From positions 301,111 to 365,110 of the forward strand of contig NW_014577073.1 of assembly GCF_000485595.1 (NCBI RefSeq): a DNA stretch of 64,000 nucleotides. The letters run 5' to 3'. Under the pieces are notes generated by a model that was given only the letters and a program-made list of their open reading frames with translations, was not told where the DNA came from and did not search any database. The position numbers and the translations under genes are program-made. The number at the start of each line of letters is the position of its first letter. Positions within the stretch are counted from its first letter, which is position 1. Below, piece by piece: positions 14,001 to 29,000 of the stretch. The DNA comes from Priapulus caudatus (lineage: Eukaryota).

Positions 14001-17000
14001 ACTAATGTGGTCGCGAACTAATATCATCTCGCTCTTAACTGTCTGGAATTAATATGAATTGCGATTGTTCATTCCATTAGTGGAGAATGCGATTATGATT
14101 GCTATTAATACCTGCAGGCGAGCAAGGTAGAGAAGCTGGAAGCAGAGCTGCTCAGGTTCAAGGATAAACTCAATGAGATGGAATTCTTCAAAGCGAGATT
14201 CGAGGTATGCTTAAATTACAGGGCGTCGCCACACCGCTAATCACTCCGGCATGCTCGAACCTGATTGCACTTTTTTTATACGTTATCCTATATCAATAGA
14301 AAGGTGGCATGTTCACAAAGGTCACATGTTCCCTCGCATCTGGCGCCACCCAATCGCATTGAGTTGGTCTCGCATCATCGCGTGTTCTCACGTCGTCACG
14401 TGTTCTCGCGTACGTCACGTTGTCTCGCCTGCGTCACGTGTTCTCGCTTCGTTGCTACGTGTTTTCGCATCATCATGTGTTCTCACGTAGTGATGTGTTC
14501 TCGCGTCATCACGTGTTTTCGCATCATCATGTGTTCTCGCGTCGTCACGTGTTCTCGCGTCATCATGTGTTCTTGCGTCGTCGCGTGTTCTCGCGTCGTC
14601 GCGTGTTCTCGCGTCGTCGCGTGTTCTCGCGTCGCCGTGTGTTCTCGCATAGTGACAACCGCTCTCCGTGTTTCCATCGCGTGCAGGAGGTGAGGGAGGA
14701 CAACCACATTCTGCTGGAGACGAAGCACATGCTGGAGGACCAGCTGAGCGCGAGCCACAAGCGCGTCGAGACGATCATCGACCTTGAGAACGACCTCATG
14801 AAGTGCAAGGCGCAGATCAGCGAACTCGAGGAGGTAGGTGGCGCCGCCGAGTGACTGCTGCGAGCGAGCAACGTTAGTGTGTACAGTTTGCCGAGTTGTG
14901 TGTAGTGATGATCGAAGTCAGGATGTCACAAATGGTAATCTGCTGACCCAGTGCATTGACATCACTACTGACCTCTGTGCGCTAACTCCATCCACTGGCA
15001 TAGTCACTGACCTCCACACATTGACATCACCACTGACATCATCAATGACCCCTACGTACTGACATCACCACTGACCTCATCAATGACCCCTACGTACTGA
15101 CATCACCACTGACCTCATCAATGACCCCTATGTACCGACATCACCACTGACCTCATCAATGACCCTACGTACCGACATCACCACTGACCTCATCACTGAC
15201 CCCCACGTACTGACCATCACTGGTGCTAATGCTGCATGTATTATGGCTGCAGGAGCGTGAGGCGACAAGGATCGGCTGGAGCGGCTGACGCGCAGAACAT
15301 ACAGCTTCACTTCGACAAGACAAACTCGATCAACGAGTCGGCGAACTCGGAAGCTGACTGGACGACGCTCGGCGCATCTCTGCAGGTACGTGAGAGGCCG
15401 TAAGCATGCGGTATCTCTGCTGGTACGTGAGAGTAGGAGCACGCCACATCTCTGGCAGGTATCTAAGGGGCGGTCACACGCCGGCATCTCTGTAAGTAAG
15501 AGGGAGGGCATGCACACCTCACTTCTCTGGAGGTGTGAGAGAGGTGTACATGCTACTCATTCCAGTAGGTCTGCGGAGCGTCTATGCAGCAGCTTTATCG
15601 TGGCCTCCTGCACGAAACTCTTCTTAGATCGTTGCATGCATCTTTTGAACTTGACTTTGTGCGACTGCTAATAAGATGTCTAGAGCTTGTGAGTGTGTGC
15701 AGTGTAGATCTGAGAGTAGCAGATAGATTTAGCTGGTTTTACTCGATGATGTAATCTAGTAGTTGTTTTGGTTAGCTGCAGTATTCATTCTTAACTTGGT
15801 GTTGTTATCGTTAGCGTAATGTTTGCATTTTTTCTCTCGGCTTGTTTGTTCGTAGCTGAGTGTCAAGGAATGCCTTCATATGAAGGTAAAATCTAATATA
15901 GATGAGGCCTGGGATAGAGATGTAGTTAAGAGTATTGGTTGGCTTACACATCAGAGGCAGCATGATTTAGCTATCTGTCGGAGATTTCAAGCATGCTGTA
16001 AATCTGTTTTTCCGTGTGCAGCGGGTCGCGCGTCCACGCAACCGTTAACGTGCCACGCGATTTAATCACACGCCTTTTCCTGCATGTTGTTTCCTGTAGC
16101 GAATGCTAGTTTCTGCGCGGAGATGGAATTCTTCCTGGACCGTGAAACAATTCAGTAATTTCCTCGCTTCAATTTGCTGCTCGTTGGAAAGTCGCGCGTG
16201 CGACCGACCACCCACACCTCGCATGTCACAACCGTCTTTACTCGAATGCAATTCTTGTCTATTTCGTTCTTTTATAAACACTCCTTATTTGTGTCGTCAA
16301 TTATTCGTTCGCATTTCTCGTTCGGTGATTCTTTGGTTTCTCGTGTTTTTTTGAATGTCATTCTCTTTTAATCGTTTATACTGTTAGGTAGCTCGCAGCC
16401 ACAACTTTAACGAGCTGAGGCGCGGTTGCCAGCAACAAAATTAGTCTTAATGTTAGCCTTAAATTTTCAATTTTACAAATTCTTCTCGTAGACCATTGAC
16501 AGAAACATGGCCGAAGTACGAATTTCTCACTTCAACTAGTGGATAGCGGTGCAGTCTACAAGAAAAAGTGATGTTAAGACTAATTTTGTTTTTGATTAAT
16601 TTCGTTGACCCCGGTACTTGCGGAGTGTGGGTCTCATCTCACACACTCTCTCAGCAAGTTTGCCAGCCGACGGCATCCACCGCTGCGTGTCGTAATCGCT
16701 TTTGTTACTCCGCCAGCGAACTCCCTCTCGGAGGCAGCTCGGAGTCGGCGAGGGCGCCATCTTGCGGCTGCAGCTGGAAAACAAGAGGCTGCAGCAGGCA
16801 CTGAGGACGCCCAGACAGGCGCCGCCGTCGAGACGAAGCCCCGCGCGCTCGAGCTGTGGACAGCGAGAACAAACGGCTCAGCGAGAAGCTTGAGAAGCTG
16901 CAGGTGCGCGGCGGCAGTCTATGTCTCATAGTACAGTCTATCGCTCTGGACGGTGGCGCTATGCGTCCACGCGCAGGCGTGCGGTGCTCTGGAATATTCC

Positions 17001-20000
17001 GCTACTTCTCTTGGCTTATCCAAGAATTAGCTGTCGCAATGGAGGCAATGTATAGTGGCAGTGTGTGTTCAGGTAAGTCCTGTAGAAGTTTTGAGAAGTG
17101 ACTATAAAAACTTTGTTTTGCGGTGTTTGTAATAATGTATGTGAATAGAGGGAGTGTAGCAGATGTAGCAGATGTGCTTCCGAGAGACACTTCACTGATC
17201 ATGTTATCGTCAGATCCACGCGGGAATTCTTTAACAGATTGCCAGTTTTGGCAGCGTCGCATTGGGGAATGCAACTGCAATCATATCAATATCAAAATCA
17301 ATCATATATGCTCCAAGTTTCGAGGGCACTTGCTTCGGTCCATGATGAACGCAAGGGGAAACAGTCTCCTAATAAACACAGACAGCAAACATATACTCCT
17401 CGGTAAATTATTGAAAGCGGCGCGTCGAATCTCGACGCACGCCCACGGCAAACTAAGCGGCTACCATTCTAAAACTGAAGGCTACCTTCCTAACACTAAA
17501 GGCTACCGTTCTAAAACTAAGCAGCTACAATTCTAAAACTGAAGGCTACCTTCCTAACACTAAAGGCTACCGTTCTAAAACTAAGCGGCTACTGTTCTAA
17601 AACTAAAGGCTACCTTCCTAACACTAAAGACTACTGTTCTAAAACTAAGCGGCTACCGTTCTAAAACTAAAGGCTACCGTTCTAAAACCAAGCGGCTACC
17701 GTTCTAAAACCAAGCGGCTAAGAACTACCGTTCTTTGATTGACTTTCTTTTTCTGACTTTTTGCTTGACTTTCTCTTTTCTCTTCGTTTCTCGCAGGAGA
17801 CGGTGAGCGAGGGCACGCGGGCGCAGCTGGCGCTGGAGCAGCAGACGCAGGAGGTCGGCAAGCAGCACGACGAGGCGACGCGAGCGCTCGCGACGGCGCG
17901 TGAGAGCATGCAGCGGCAGCGCGAGGAGCACGAGCGCGAGTGCGCGCGCCTCACGCACACCGTCGACGCGCTGCGCACGCGCAACAAGCAGAACGCCGAC
18001 ACGCGGCTCGCCGACGTCGAGCGCGAGAACAAGAGGCTGCACGAGGGCGCCGCGGAGCTGTCGGCGCGCGCGTCCCACGCCGAGTACGAGTGCGAGCTGC
18101 TGGAGCGTCGCTGCGGCGACGCGGCCGACGCGCTCGCCCGCGGCCGCGGCGTTCGAGTTTGAGGCCGCGAGTGGCGAGCGCTGGGGAAGGAGGGCGCCGC
18201 CGGTCGGGAGGCCGCCGAGAAGTGCGAGCGGGAGCCGGGCCGCCACCCGAGGTGATCAACCGCAAGCCTGCGCGAAGGTGGTGGGCGAACCGCTTGCGCG
18301 CGGGGGTGGACGCGCACCGACGCCCTGGCAGCGGGCGAGGCGGCGCAGCGGCGACAGCGGGGGCCGCGAGCCGCGAGCGAGCGGTGGTCGGGTCGCGCGG
18401 CTGAGGCGCGGCGGTGCGGCCCGCGGATGGCGGCCGGCCTGCGCGCGGGCGGGCAGAGGACGCGCGGGCAACTCGCCGCCGGCCGACAGCGAGCGTCTGC
18501 GCGCGGAGTCTGACGCTCGCTGCGAGCCGGCAGAGGCGCGAGCGCGCGCCGAGACCGCGGCTCGTCGACGCCGGACGCTGCTGCTGTGCGTCTCCAGAGG
18601 GCGGCTGGACGCGCGTCGCGGCCGGCGAGGACGCGCGCACCGAGGCCGGGGAGCTGCGACGAGAAACAAGCAGCTGCTGAAGCTGAGTCGAGTCGCTGAA
18701 GGCCGCAGACGCCGGCGGCTGGAGGAGGTGCGCGCGACAACCAGCGCTGCGAGGAGGAGAGCGCGCGGCTGGACAGCGCGAGAGCAAGTCCGCACGAGAA
18801 GGAGATGCGCGCGCCTGCGACCACGGCTCGAGCGAAGGGACAGCGACGATCGCGATCTGCCAACGTGCAGATTCGTCGAGATGCAGCGCGAGATGAAGCG
18901 GCTCGGACGCGAGCTGCAGAGCGCAGCAACGGACGCGGTGACGCCGCGCGACGGCGAGCTCAGAGAAGAGAACGGAGACAACGCTGCAGCAGCTCGCTTC
19001 GACAAAGAAGACGCGATGGGCTGCACTGCGAGAGCGTAGGTGGCGGCTGGCGACCGTGTAAGCGCGATCGTAGGTGGCGCTGGCGGCCCGCGAAGCTCTC
19101 GATACGATCGCAGGCATCTTATCGACCTGCGTATAGGGTTAGGTTTCGTTAGTGGGTGGTGGGGGGTCTACTTCCATGTTTATTATAGGTTCTTTCATTT
19201 GTGCCAGATACCAAGCGTCTTTATCAGTATTTGTAGCAATTTTTGTGTGCTAAAAAGTGTTACTTAGTATATTATGGAATGCCATCGAGTATTCACTTAA
19301 CCATTGCGTAAAAATATTGGAAAAAGCTGTTGAATACTGTTAGTTGTTATAATAAATTAGGCTATGTGATTGCTACGTTTACTATGATACCTACAGCAAA
19401 AACTGATAGATTTCAACCTGCAAAATATTTGACGTTTAGTACACAACTTGCAGTACTTGCTAACTGTACGTTGTCTTACATTTGATCTGTCTGGTTTTGG
19501 TGCAATGAAAGCGTGTGAAGTCACACGTGAACTCACCGGCTTAGCTCTCTCTGCAAGGATCTTGGTAAATGAGAAGAATAAAGGCACAGCAGGTGCAGTA
19601 AGCGAGTTGGAGCAGCTAACGACGAGGCTAGCCAAGATCGGACCGATCGGCCAGAAACTAGTCGCCTCCGAACAGCACGCAGATGAAAAGTAAGTGCAGA
19701 GCTGTTGACATACACTACGAGACAATTTTCATTTAGTGCGATATTATACTGTCGTTTCATTCCATTTTTAAAAAATTATTACGCGAGCAAAATCTGTTAC
19801 TGTGCGGTCTACTCATGCAACCCTGTTTCACTTGGCCAACATTTGTTCATTATAACATTGATGTTTAATGTTAATTTTTTTCGTAGATCGTTATAACAGA
19901 TGTTCTACAACGCACAACAGAGCATGAAAAATGCAGCCAAATGCGCAAAAGACCGACGCTTTTATAAAACAAATTCAGCTGTAATGAGTAGTTAATATCG

Positions 20001-23000
20001 TATCATAAAATGTTAAAGTCCGTTATTCATGTCCATGAAACGTAAAATACGATAAGCGTGTTCTGTTAGCCGGTACAAGCTTGGAATCGACTGAATGGAA
20101 GGCACCATGAAAAAGAGCTTAGAAGCTTAAAGGCGAGCGAGAAGTGCGCCGCATTTGGAAGAGTCGGCTGGAGGAGTCAATCATTGCAGGAACCAGTAAC
20201 TGAGCAGAGGAGGTTCAGGGAATCAGGTTGCAAAATATGAAGGCCATGCATGCAGAAATTGAGGAGGCAGAAGAAAGCTGATAACTCTACGGGCCGGTAA
20301 GGCACTTGCATCTAATCAATACTGTATTGTGGTGATGGCAATATCTGTATGCTTGACTTGGCACATGGGGTGCCATTTTCACTCAACTGTCATTCCATCC
20401 CCACCATTTTGAATGTGGCCTAGTTACTATTACCTCTCTCTCTCTCTCTCTCTCTCTTCTCCTGGTCACTCCTGTCTGCACTAACATGCATGTTCGTCTG
20501 CACTCTTCTTTTGCACGTGGAGCGAGTTCTGTGCTGGTTTCAGGTATGCGAGAGCGAGGACAGCAACAAAGACATCAGCCAGCCTAACGGGAGAGATTCC
20601 TGGCAGCTCTAAGGATCACCTCATGCCTGTCGCAGAGAACCGCTGAGTTGCCATTTTCTGGTCATCGTGTTAGATCATTTCCCCTGACATCTGATGAGTA
20701 TCTATGTACTCATGTATTTATCATTATTCCATCTATCCATCCATTCCATCCATCCATTTAACTCATATCATTCCATTACCCCATTCATTCATACCATCCA
20801 TCTCATTCTAATCCGATATATTATATATTATATTAAGTAATATAATATTTGAATCATGACTTATAAAATAATATTTGTACGGTTTATGTTGGTGTGAGTA
20901 ATGAGGTGCCATACCACAGCAGTGAAACGCCAGCAGACTCTTTCATTTTTAATCTTTTTTGCCTTTTCTTTTCCGAAAAAAAGTAGCAAGGTGATGCCAT
21001 GATATAGTAATATCCTTCACTGTGTAGCCATCTTTCGGCTATTGCTTTCTCGGATACATCTGTTTACGTGCGGCACGGCATTGGCAGAATGCCACTTTAC
21101 TGAGGAGAAGAAGAACCTGTGCCTTTAGAACTGACGAGCGTGTGAAGAGCAGTGCGAAACTATCAACGATCAAGACTAACAACCTGCCAGAGACTAGAAC
21201 TCGCAGTCTACAGTCTAATTCTGCTAAGCGGCTTTTTAAAACCAGGTAGACATCTACATTGAGAAAGTTACCGCGATAGAGCCTCAACTGGCTTGCTCTC
21301 TTTGTCTTGTTATCCATGTTGTCTACCAGCTGGAAAGAATTCTCTGAATATTATAGTACTGCTGAATGTTCAAGGGAATGAGAGCAGACACTCTCTTATT
21401 AGTTCGCGACCTCGAAGTTATCAAACAGGAGACCTTCGTTAGCTTCCTCTCTCGTCATTTACTTATTTTAATCTATTTATCATGCATTCTTTACATTTAA
21501 TTTTCTTTTTCTTTACATCATTTCCTTATATAGAATTTTTGACATTTTCCTATAGTGACTATTATGCAGGTTTAAGTGCACTAGCGTTAGTTGAAGACCT
21601 AGCCTGCCCTTCCCCCCACGCAGGCAGCACACTCTTCTAATTATTCCCCACCTATAATTATAAACGGGAGACCTTGGTTAGCTTCCCTACCATGTCTCAT
21701 GTTACTCATCTTCTCATCCTGTTCCCTACAATCTCCAAACAAGACAGAAGGCTCGTGTTAGTTTTTCCGTCTGCAATTTACACATACATCCTCAGCCACT
21801 GCCTGGTGCAGGTCGCATTCCTAACATTGTTCCACCCCGAACTACGAGTAATACTCGTTCGATCAATCAAAAATGCCACGTGTCGGCGCGAAACAACGAG
21901 TATATCTCGTGGTAACATTGTCAGTACTCTTACGGCGCTAAAATATTGATTATCGCCGTGTAATTAATCAAATATTACTCAATAGATGGCGACTGCCTGC
22001 CAAATATAAAAATTAAGTAGGCCCCAGTTCTATACTAACCGTAGTCCTTAGGAATTTTATTATTTGGACTTATGTTAGCCTTAAATTCATACCCAAGATA
22101 AGCATGTAGAAGACCGCGAGTAAATCACCACATATTGAGCGCACCGGTTAGAACAAGCCGCGCATGTAAAAATTCCAGCAATAGATACTGTAAATTCCTT
22201 TTTTTCGTGGGTACCAATTTCTCATGAATATTCGTGGGCTATCAATCGCCACGAACATTACGTTCGCCAACGAAAATATGATGTAGCAGATGTCAAGTGC
22301 CGGTTCTACGATTTCAATCCACGAATTTTAAGAAATCACGAACATGTTTTTGTTATCGAAACTCACGAAAATGTGAGATCCACGAAAATAAGCTGGACTT
22401 TACAGTACATTATAACAAGGCAGCATGAAGACGCGTTACCAAGCCTCCATCGAACGTGTGCCTTCCGGCAGGTGCGAGAGCACAGACACTGCACTCCACC
22501 ATCGCCGCGCTCGACCACAGCCAAGTGCCGACTCCGCTCTGTGGCGGCGGGCCCCGTCGGCCAAGCGCGACGAGGAGCAAGGAAGCGGCAGCTGGCGCGA
22601 CGCGCCAAGAGAGCACCGAGGCCGGTGGCGCGCGCGTCCCTGCCTCGCCGACCACGAGACACTGCAGCGGCTGCACGAGCCAGCTGAGCGGCGAGTACGC
22701 GGCTCTGCAGGGGCTGTACGCGACCAGCAAGGCTGCCGCCACAAGCAAGAGTCTGAAGTCCGACCACCGCGAGCTGAACGATTCTTCACGATGAGGCTGG
22801 TCAGGGTGAGCATCGGGCCCCTTAACGTGATTACGCTGCGGGGGAGCCCGTGCGTTTGATAGCGGCCTTACTGTTTTCCTAGAAGCGATTTTGCTATTAG
22901 TTCTGCAGATCGGTCGGCTGCCACTTCATGTGAACGAGCACCGCTATTGATACGATAACTAAAGCCTTGCCTTCTCGAGCGTTGAATTCATCGAAACCAA

Positions 23001-26000
23001 CAAACACAACAGTAACCTGCGATTAACACGGGGCACACCCATGCACATGCCCGGTCTTTGTGTGGGGGTACCGGTGTCATCTCAAAATGTTGCGCATCGT
23101 TCGGCCAGGCCAATTGTAAATCGTATACACCAGCTGCAAGACATCTTGCTGCGCAATGCCTAGGCATCTGCAGGCATCTTGTCATTCCTTGCCAAGCAGT
23201 TTTGGAGTGTCAACACAAGTCCGCTGGCAATATACACATCAATATCTCAATTATCTTGCCTGGCATCGCTATACTAGCTGACTTAATATGCTGCACACAT
23301 CTCATATCCCTGTAGGCATGTATACACATCTCACAATCCTGCTAGATATCTGGCAGATGTCTCATACTCCGTGTTAAGGACCTCATATTGGTAGGCGACG
23401 TGCAAGCGTTTCGTAATCTACTGTAGGAATTGGCAGGCAGAGTGTAGTGGAATTTCGTATAAGACTTGAAGCTTGGTGTGGAACATCATTGCCTAATGCA
23501 ACTCACTGAGTACATAACTGTGTCCTTTAGAGTACTAGCTAATAATCTAAAAATCGGCATTGACACTATGGCCTCATTACCATGCCATAATGTTTCGTTA
23601 GGGGAACTCCTGGAAACCGGTCACGTGAGACACTTAGCTTGGTTAATTCAAGAATGTACCGAAACCAAACGTCTAGCTTTGGAGCGGGGGGAGAGGGGCA
23701 AAAAGCAATGCTGCGCATTTGTAGTTCTTGGCAGTTGAATCTGGGACTGTTTTCCATTGTCCAAGTAATTAATGTCTATACTGGTCTGCCGGTGGCAACT
23801 ACACCCGTCACTAGTTTATCTGGCTAATCCTGTCCAATTATTATTCACTGTTTGCGCACTTGCAATCAATGTATCTTTACAAAAAATATGCACTGGGCCA
23901 ATTCCTCCGTAAATGTCTATTTCCAGTCCACCCATTGGTTTTGTACAGGTCATAGAAAATATATTCCGCCGTTGAACATTGCACGGTAGATCGTAGTGCA
24001 AGTGCTGGCTGCGGGTTAACTGTGCTTGCTTTGCGACTGGTGATGGGTGCGCGGCTGACTACTAATGGCGTGTCTGTTGCGCTTGCTGGCGTGGCAGGAC
24101 GAAGGATGAGCGTCGTAGCGAGATGAAGGGACCATCTCCTGTCATCGGACGCGGGAATCTCGTCAATGTCCATGAGCCAACCTGCCATCTGGGACTATAG
24201 CACTTCTGAAGAGCACGCAAACACGGCTCCCACGCATAGCTATGACAAGCTAAGGGGCGACTACCACAGCCTGCAGGTACACGGCATGCCACCTGGTGCC
24301 ACTGATGGACTTCCTGCCTGCGGATCATGTTCTCTTGTTGATGGTCTCGACATTAGTGGTTTGGCATGCAGGACGCTACAGCAGCCAGCAACTTTACGAG
24401 TCATTAATACGTCGGTCTTACGAAAATGCGAAATAAAATGTAGAGATCGAAGGCTAGCAGTACATGCAAGCCATTAGTGTCCTACCCATACTGTATTGTT
24501 TGCAGGTTTATTTGTATCGTGAATACCTGACAGCAGTTCTCTTGACCGCATCAGTCCGACTACAAAACTCTGAAGGTCTGAGAACAGATGCCACTTGAAG
24601 CTGACCGCTTACACAGCAAGAGCTGCAGGGAGACATGGCTGAATGCAGGGATCGATGCCAACTCTCTCGATCATCGAGCTTGCCAAAGTCTGCGAACCCC
24701 AGCTGGGCGAGTACTCAACTCATGCACGCACGCACGCACGCACGCACTGCGACGCATGCCTCAGCATGCCATCATCTGCGTGCGCACGTACTACATTGCA
24801 AGCAAGCAAAGTCTTGTTAGTCTGTGAACTACTGTGAGTGACACACGCACCGACTACATCCTGCTTAGTGAAGTTTTGCCACTGGGCTACAAGGTGACAA
24901 CGTACATGCTTATCACACACACAGCAATATGCACCTTACGCACGCACAGCACGCACACAATCACTTGAACACTAACTCTACGACATACTCGCATGCAATG
25001 TATTGCCAAAATGCTAGAAGCCGTAACACATACAAGCTCATCACAAGTGTGGACGCGATGTGCCACACAAACACAATCACACACACACTCTATACTATTT
25101 TTCAAATATGCTAATAACTGCTGCAACTGTCACACATACGGTAGTGGGGTGCATAATAGCTGTGGTCGTGATAGAAAAACATATTGCCACGCAGCAGCAA
25201 GAGTCTGATCTTGATCCGCTGTAAAGTAGCATCAACAAACTTTAACGGCGCGTTATAGCTAGTCGGCCAGTACACAGTAACTCTACAATATTGATTGCAC
25301 GGTGCGCAGGCTTTGACTTAAATTAATGTACGTAGGAAAGTAACGTGGTCACAGTACAACGCTGATAAAAGATGCCATGCGATGTGCCATTGCGAAATTC
25401 TGGAAAAGACACGGGAAAATAACGGCTAAGAGCATGAGTTAAGTAGATGGGCTGCCTCACTAGGTGCGGACTCTACCTGTGACACACGTATCTCACTAAG
25501 CTGTGACAAGCTACAGCCTGTGACACACTAAGCCTGCGACAAGCTAACCTCGTGAACACTAAGCTGGGCCGAGCAAGGCTTAAACGCTGTGACACACTAA
25601 GCTGGTGACAAGCTACAACCGCTGTGACACACTAAGCTGTGACAAGCTCACTGTGACACACTAAGCGTGGCAACAAGCTAACCTGTGACACACTAGCTGT
25701 GACAGAGCTAACCTGTGAAACACTAAGCTGTGACAAACTAACCTGTGACACACTAAGCTGTGACAAGCCGTAAGACCTGTGACACATCTAAGCACAGCGT
25801 GGTTTGTCTCTGTTGGCCAGATGCTGCCAGCGAGCATGGTCCACGCTAGGAGGAGAGAACAGAGTACGCTGATGAACCACATCTCTGGCATTGGCTCCAC
25901 GCAGACAGGGACCTGCTATTTTCACGACGTCGAGAGCAAGCAGGACCAGTTCTTACGAGGAACAGCGCGCGCATTCTCGTACTAAACGCGGGTGACGCTG

Positions 26001-29000
26001 CGGATGTTAGAGTAGTTTACAGCTCACGAGTCAGGGCTGCATTCGCGTATGCAGGGGCCCGGCAAGTCTCATCGTCGAATAAACACCAATCTTTCTTTAC
26101 TGTTACTGTCCTTAAAAGCGTCAACGTGTTTTTTTTATAGGATTAAGGACATGGTAAGAGGTTACTAGTTTTCACATGCGCAGTGTATCAGAGAGGTCAG
26201 TCTGTTGAGCAAAAAGTTCACGTTACGGCTAATGTTAAGAGGTAATCTTGTTGCTCACAATGGACACCCAGCCATCCTGCGTGTACGTCATACTGGGGCA
26301 TGATTCAGGATGTAGCGGTGGTTGTGGCAATGGGGGCAGCGCCCCTGGAGTTATGCCGCAAAAATAATATCATAGACCCGCTAATACTGTATTACCGCTA
26401 AAGTAAATGCCTAATGAATAATAGATGCAATTTTTCTGTCTAATCTAACATCTATTGTTTATCTTATTTTCGAGAACACAATGCCTGGCTATTAGCGGTT
26501 TAATTGGTTCATTTACGTTCCCTCCTCTTGGGAATTTATTTAGGGTTTATGGGCTTTTTTGCAGCGGGAGAGTGTTGGAGCAGCTAAGCCTAGTATGCAC
26601 CTACAGTTTTAACAAGTTGCATAGCATACAGCTGTCAATCAAAGTCTGGCGAATGCTCAATGGTCGCTACTGCCATACCGCCAAAGAGGGCTTTTGTATT
26701 CAACCAGAGACCATGAAGCTGAATACGCTAAAGAGGCAGAAGGAAGAAGCTGGAAGAGAAGATTATAGGATCAGTACCAAGAAGAATGGTCATATGATGC
26801 GCTCAGCGATCGCCTAAAAAGTGACGTCAGATTATACAAGCAGATCAGATCAGATATAATACAATTATTCTTCTTTATATTTATTTAAGTAGTGTTATAT
26901 AAAAGTGTTAAATGCGGATTTACGTTTATTTAGCTGGATCAGAAAGCCATGTTGCTTGCCTAAATATTATTAATTAGGTACCTTGAAAGACAGATTGTTG
27001 GAGGAGACTGTATGGATGCGATGATGGACAGACAGGACAGACATTCAGAGGGGATGAATAGAGTAGAGGTAATGGCCCATGAAAATGTATGGATCAATCG
27101 GTAATACTGGGTGCTAAGTAGGTTTTTGTTTTTCATGGATACAACAAGAAGTTTGGAGGAAATTGTGAGGAAGGCTAGAGGCCTTCATGTCCAGGGTATG
27201 TCCGAATCTTTAACTTACTTTGTCTCAATCTAACTTTACAATGTACAATTTATGCTCAGTACAGTATTTAGTCAGGTCTTAAAGAAACTGCATTAAGATG
27301 AACTACTACACGCAAACAACTGTGCGCGTCTGTCGCGCATCAATGCACACGTCAGTCCATGTCCTTGTAATTAATAAATGGTGTACAAAAAGATATAATT
27401 GGCGTACGCAGGTACATATACGTGTGTCTAACGAGTGTACTGTACTGTTGTTACATACTCAATGGCTGCTTTCGTCAATTAGAATGCTGTCAACGCGACC
27501 GGTGAACAGTTCCTGGGNNNNNNNNNNNNNNNNNNNNNNNNNGCTCACTGTGTTGTTGCTAACAGCTTGACATCGCATCTGCCCGTCAGGTGCTCGTAAG
27601 GAGCGTGTGATAGAATATGCTGTCCTTCCCTTCCAGCGCCTTTACTGCATTAGTTTTGTGCCGACTAGTGGTATACCCCTCGGATGTCTAGCTGGTGATG
27701 AGCGTTTCAGCAACCACTTGTAGCTGTGGTGTGAGTTCGTGTCTGTGTGGCCCCGTACACGAATCGGACCACACACGGTTTATGCCACGTGTGTCTATCT
27801 TGTTTTATCGCCCGCGTGTGTATTTGATACCATCGAGTCAGCAGTTCATTCAGTCACTTGGTAGTGAGAGTTGGCCAAGGGAAATGGCCAGTGGTGGAAA
27901 AAACTTTTCAATTTATGCAAGTACCGTGATTACCGTATATATGAGGTCTAGGTCGGTAAAGCTAGACAAGTTATACCTATTTTATTCGCCGCCAAATTGC
28001 GCCGCATCATCTTTTAGAACGTCTTACCCATAATTACTTTTTACTTTACGCATAATACATTACACATACACAAATAAGTTGACCAGAGCTGCGAGTCGAG
28101 TCATTCGAAGGAGCGCGTACGGTCAATTGCAGCGATAATTTTTGTGTCCGCAGCAAATTCTCGAGGCTGACTCTGTGCGCGGAGAAGCTAATGACTCCCC
28201 GATCCACCCGGCAGCAAGGAGCGACTCGCACCACCTCGCCGTCGAGCTCGCCGACAGCAAGGCCGAAGCAGCGCCGACTGCGCGCAGGCAGCTGTAAGTG
28301 TTACATTAGTCCGCTGAAAAACTAGAAAAACTGGAAAAAACTTAAATTTGCTGAAAAACTGCCACGCCACCTGCCGACCACTGCGGCTGCCGTGCAGAAG
28401 GTGATGCGGCGGTAGGCTTTCGCGATTAGTTCGGTCCCGTACCGGCGAAACTTGTTTGTTAGCAGAGCCGCCGTGGCAACATCGGGTGGCGTGCGTGCGC
28501 TTGTGTGTCGGACATGCGCGGACACGTTACTAAACGTGCTTTGACGGCTGTTTTCGCCAACCATCTTTCTGTCAAAAACAGGTCCACTGTGAACAAAAGG
28601 GTGCATTGTGTCTCGTTTATTTTGTTGACTCTTTTGAGCAAAATTGGGCGAAAAGCCCCGGGCTGAAAATTCTCTGTGACATCCCAGGAATTTTTGCTCC
28701 TTTTCGAAAACTTTTCTTGCCTACCTACCTAATAAGACCCACAGTGTGTGCTATCTTTTGTATGCTGGTTGTTGTACTTAGATACTACTAACACACATTA
28801 CTCAATAGTATGGTGTATGGGAGAAATATCGGATACCGCTTTGACATATCTCTTATAATTTAGTTTTGATGATTTGTATAGAATTTACATATTTATAGAT
28901 ATTTATAGGAACTTCAATATTTGGAATTACTTTTTTATAGAGAGGAAAAATTGAATTGCTGCTCAGAATTAACAGGAGGAACTGGATCTTTCAAAAAGCA

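Larger units (their letters stand above)
11521..27517 (+). other. Copy A of a ~16 kb tandem duplicate; accurate at its 5' end, increasingly indel-ridden toward the gap
   Basis: 11521 gctcactgtgttgttgctaacagc recurs at 27543, and the end ccggtgaacagtt recurs ending at 43670. Most exons after about 15250 are frameshifted. Confidence 0.93.

Noticed and set aside
17718..19117. Several 250-400 aa ORFs on both strands (also 34184-35637)
   Set aside because: These are shadow frames of the very GC-rich Girdin exon; the Arg/Ala/Ser-rich translations have no independent gene signal.
15253..27200. Girdin pseudogene, or programmed frameshifting/RNA editing in copy A exons
   Set aside because: Indels are as dense in introns as in exons and increase toward the 25-N gap, which fits read error better than biology.
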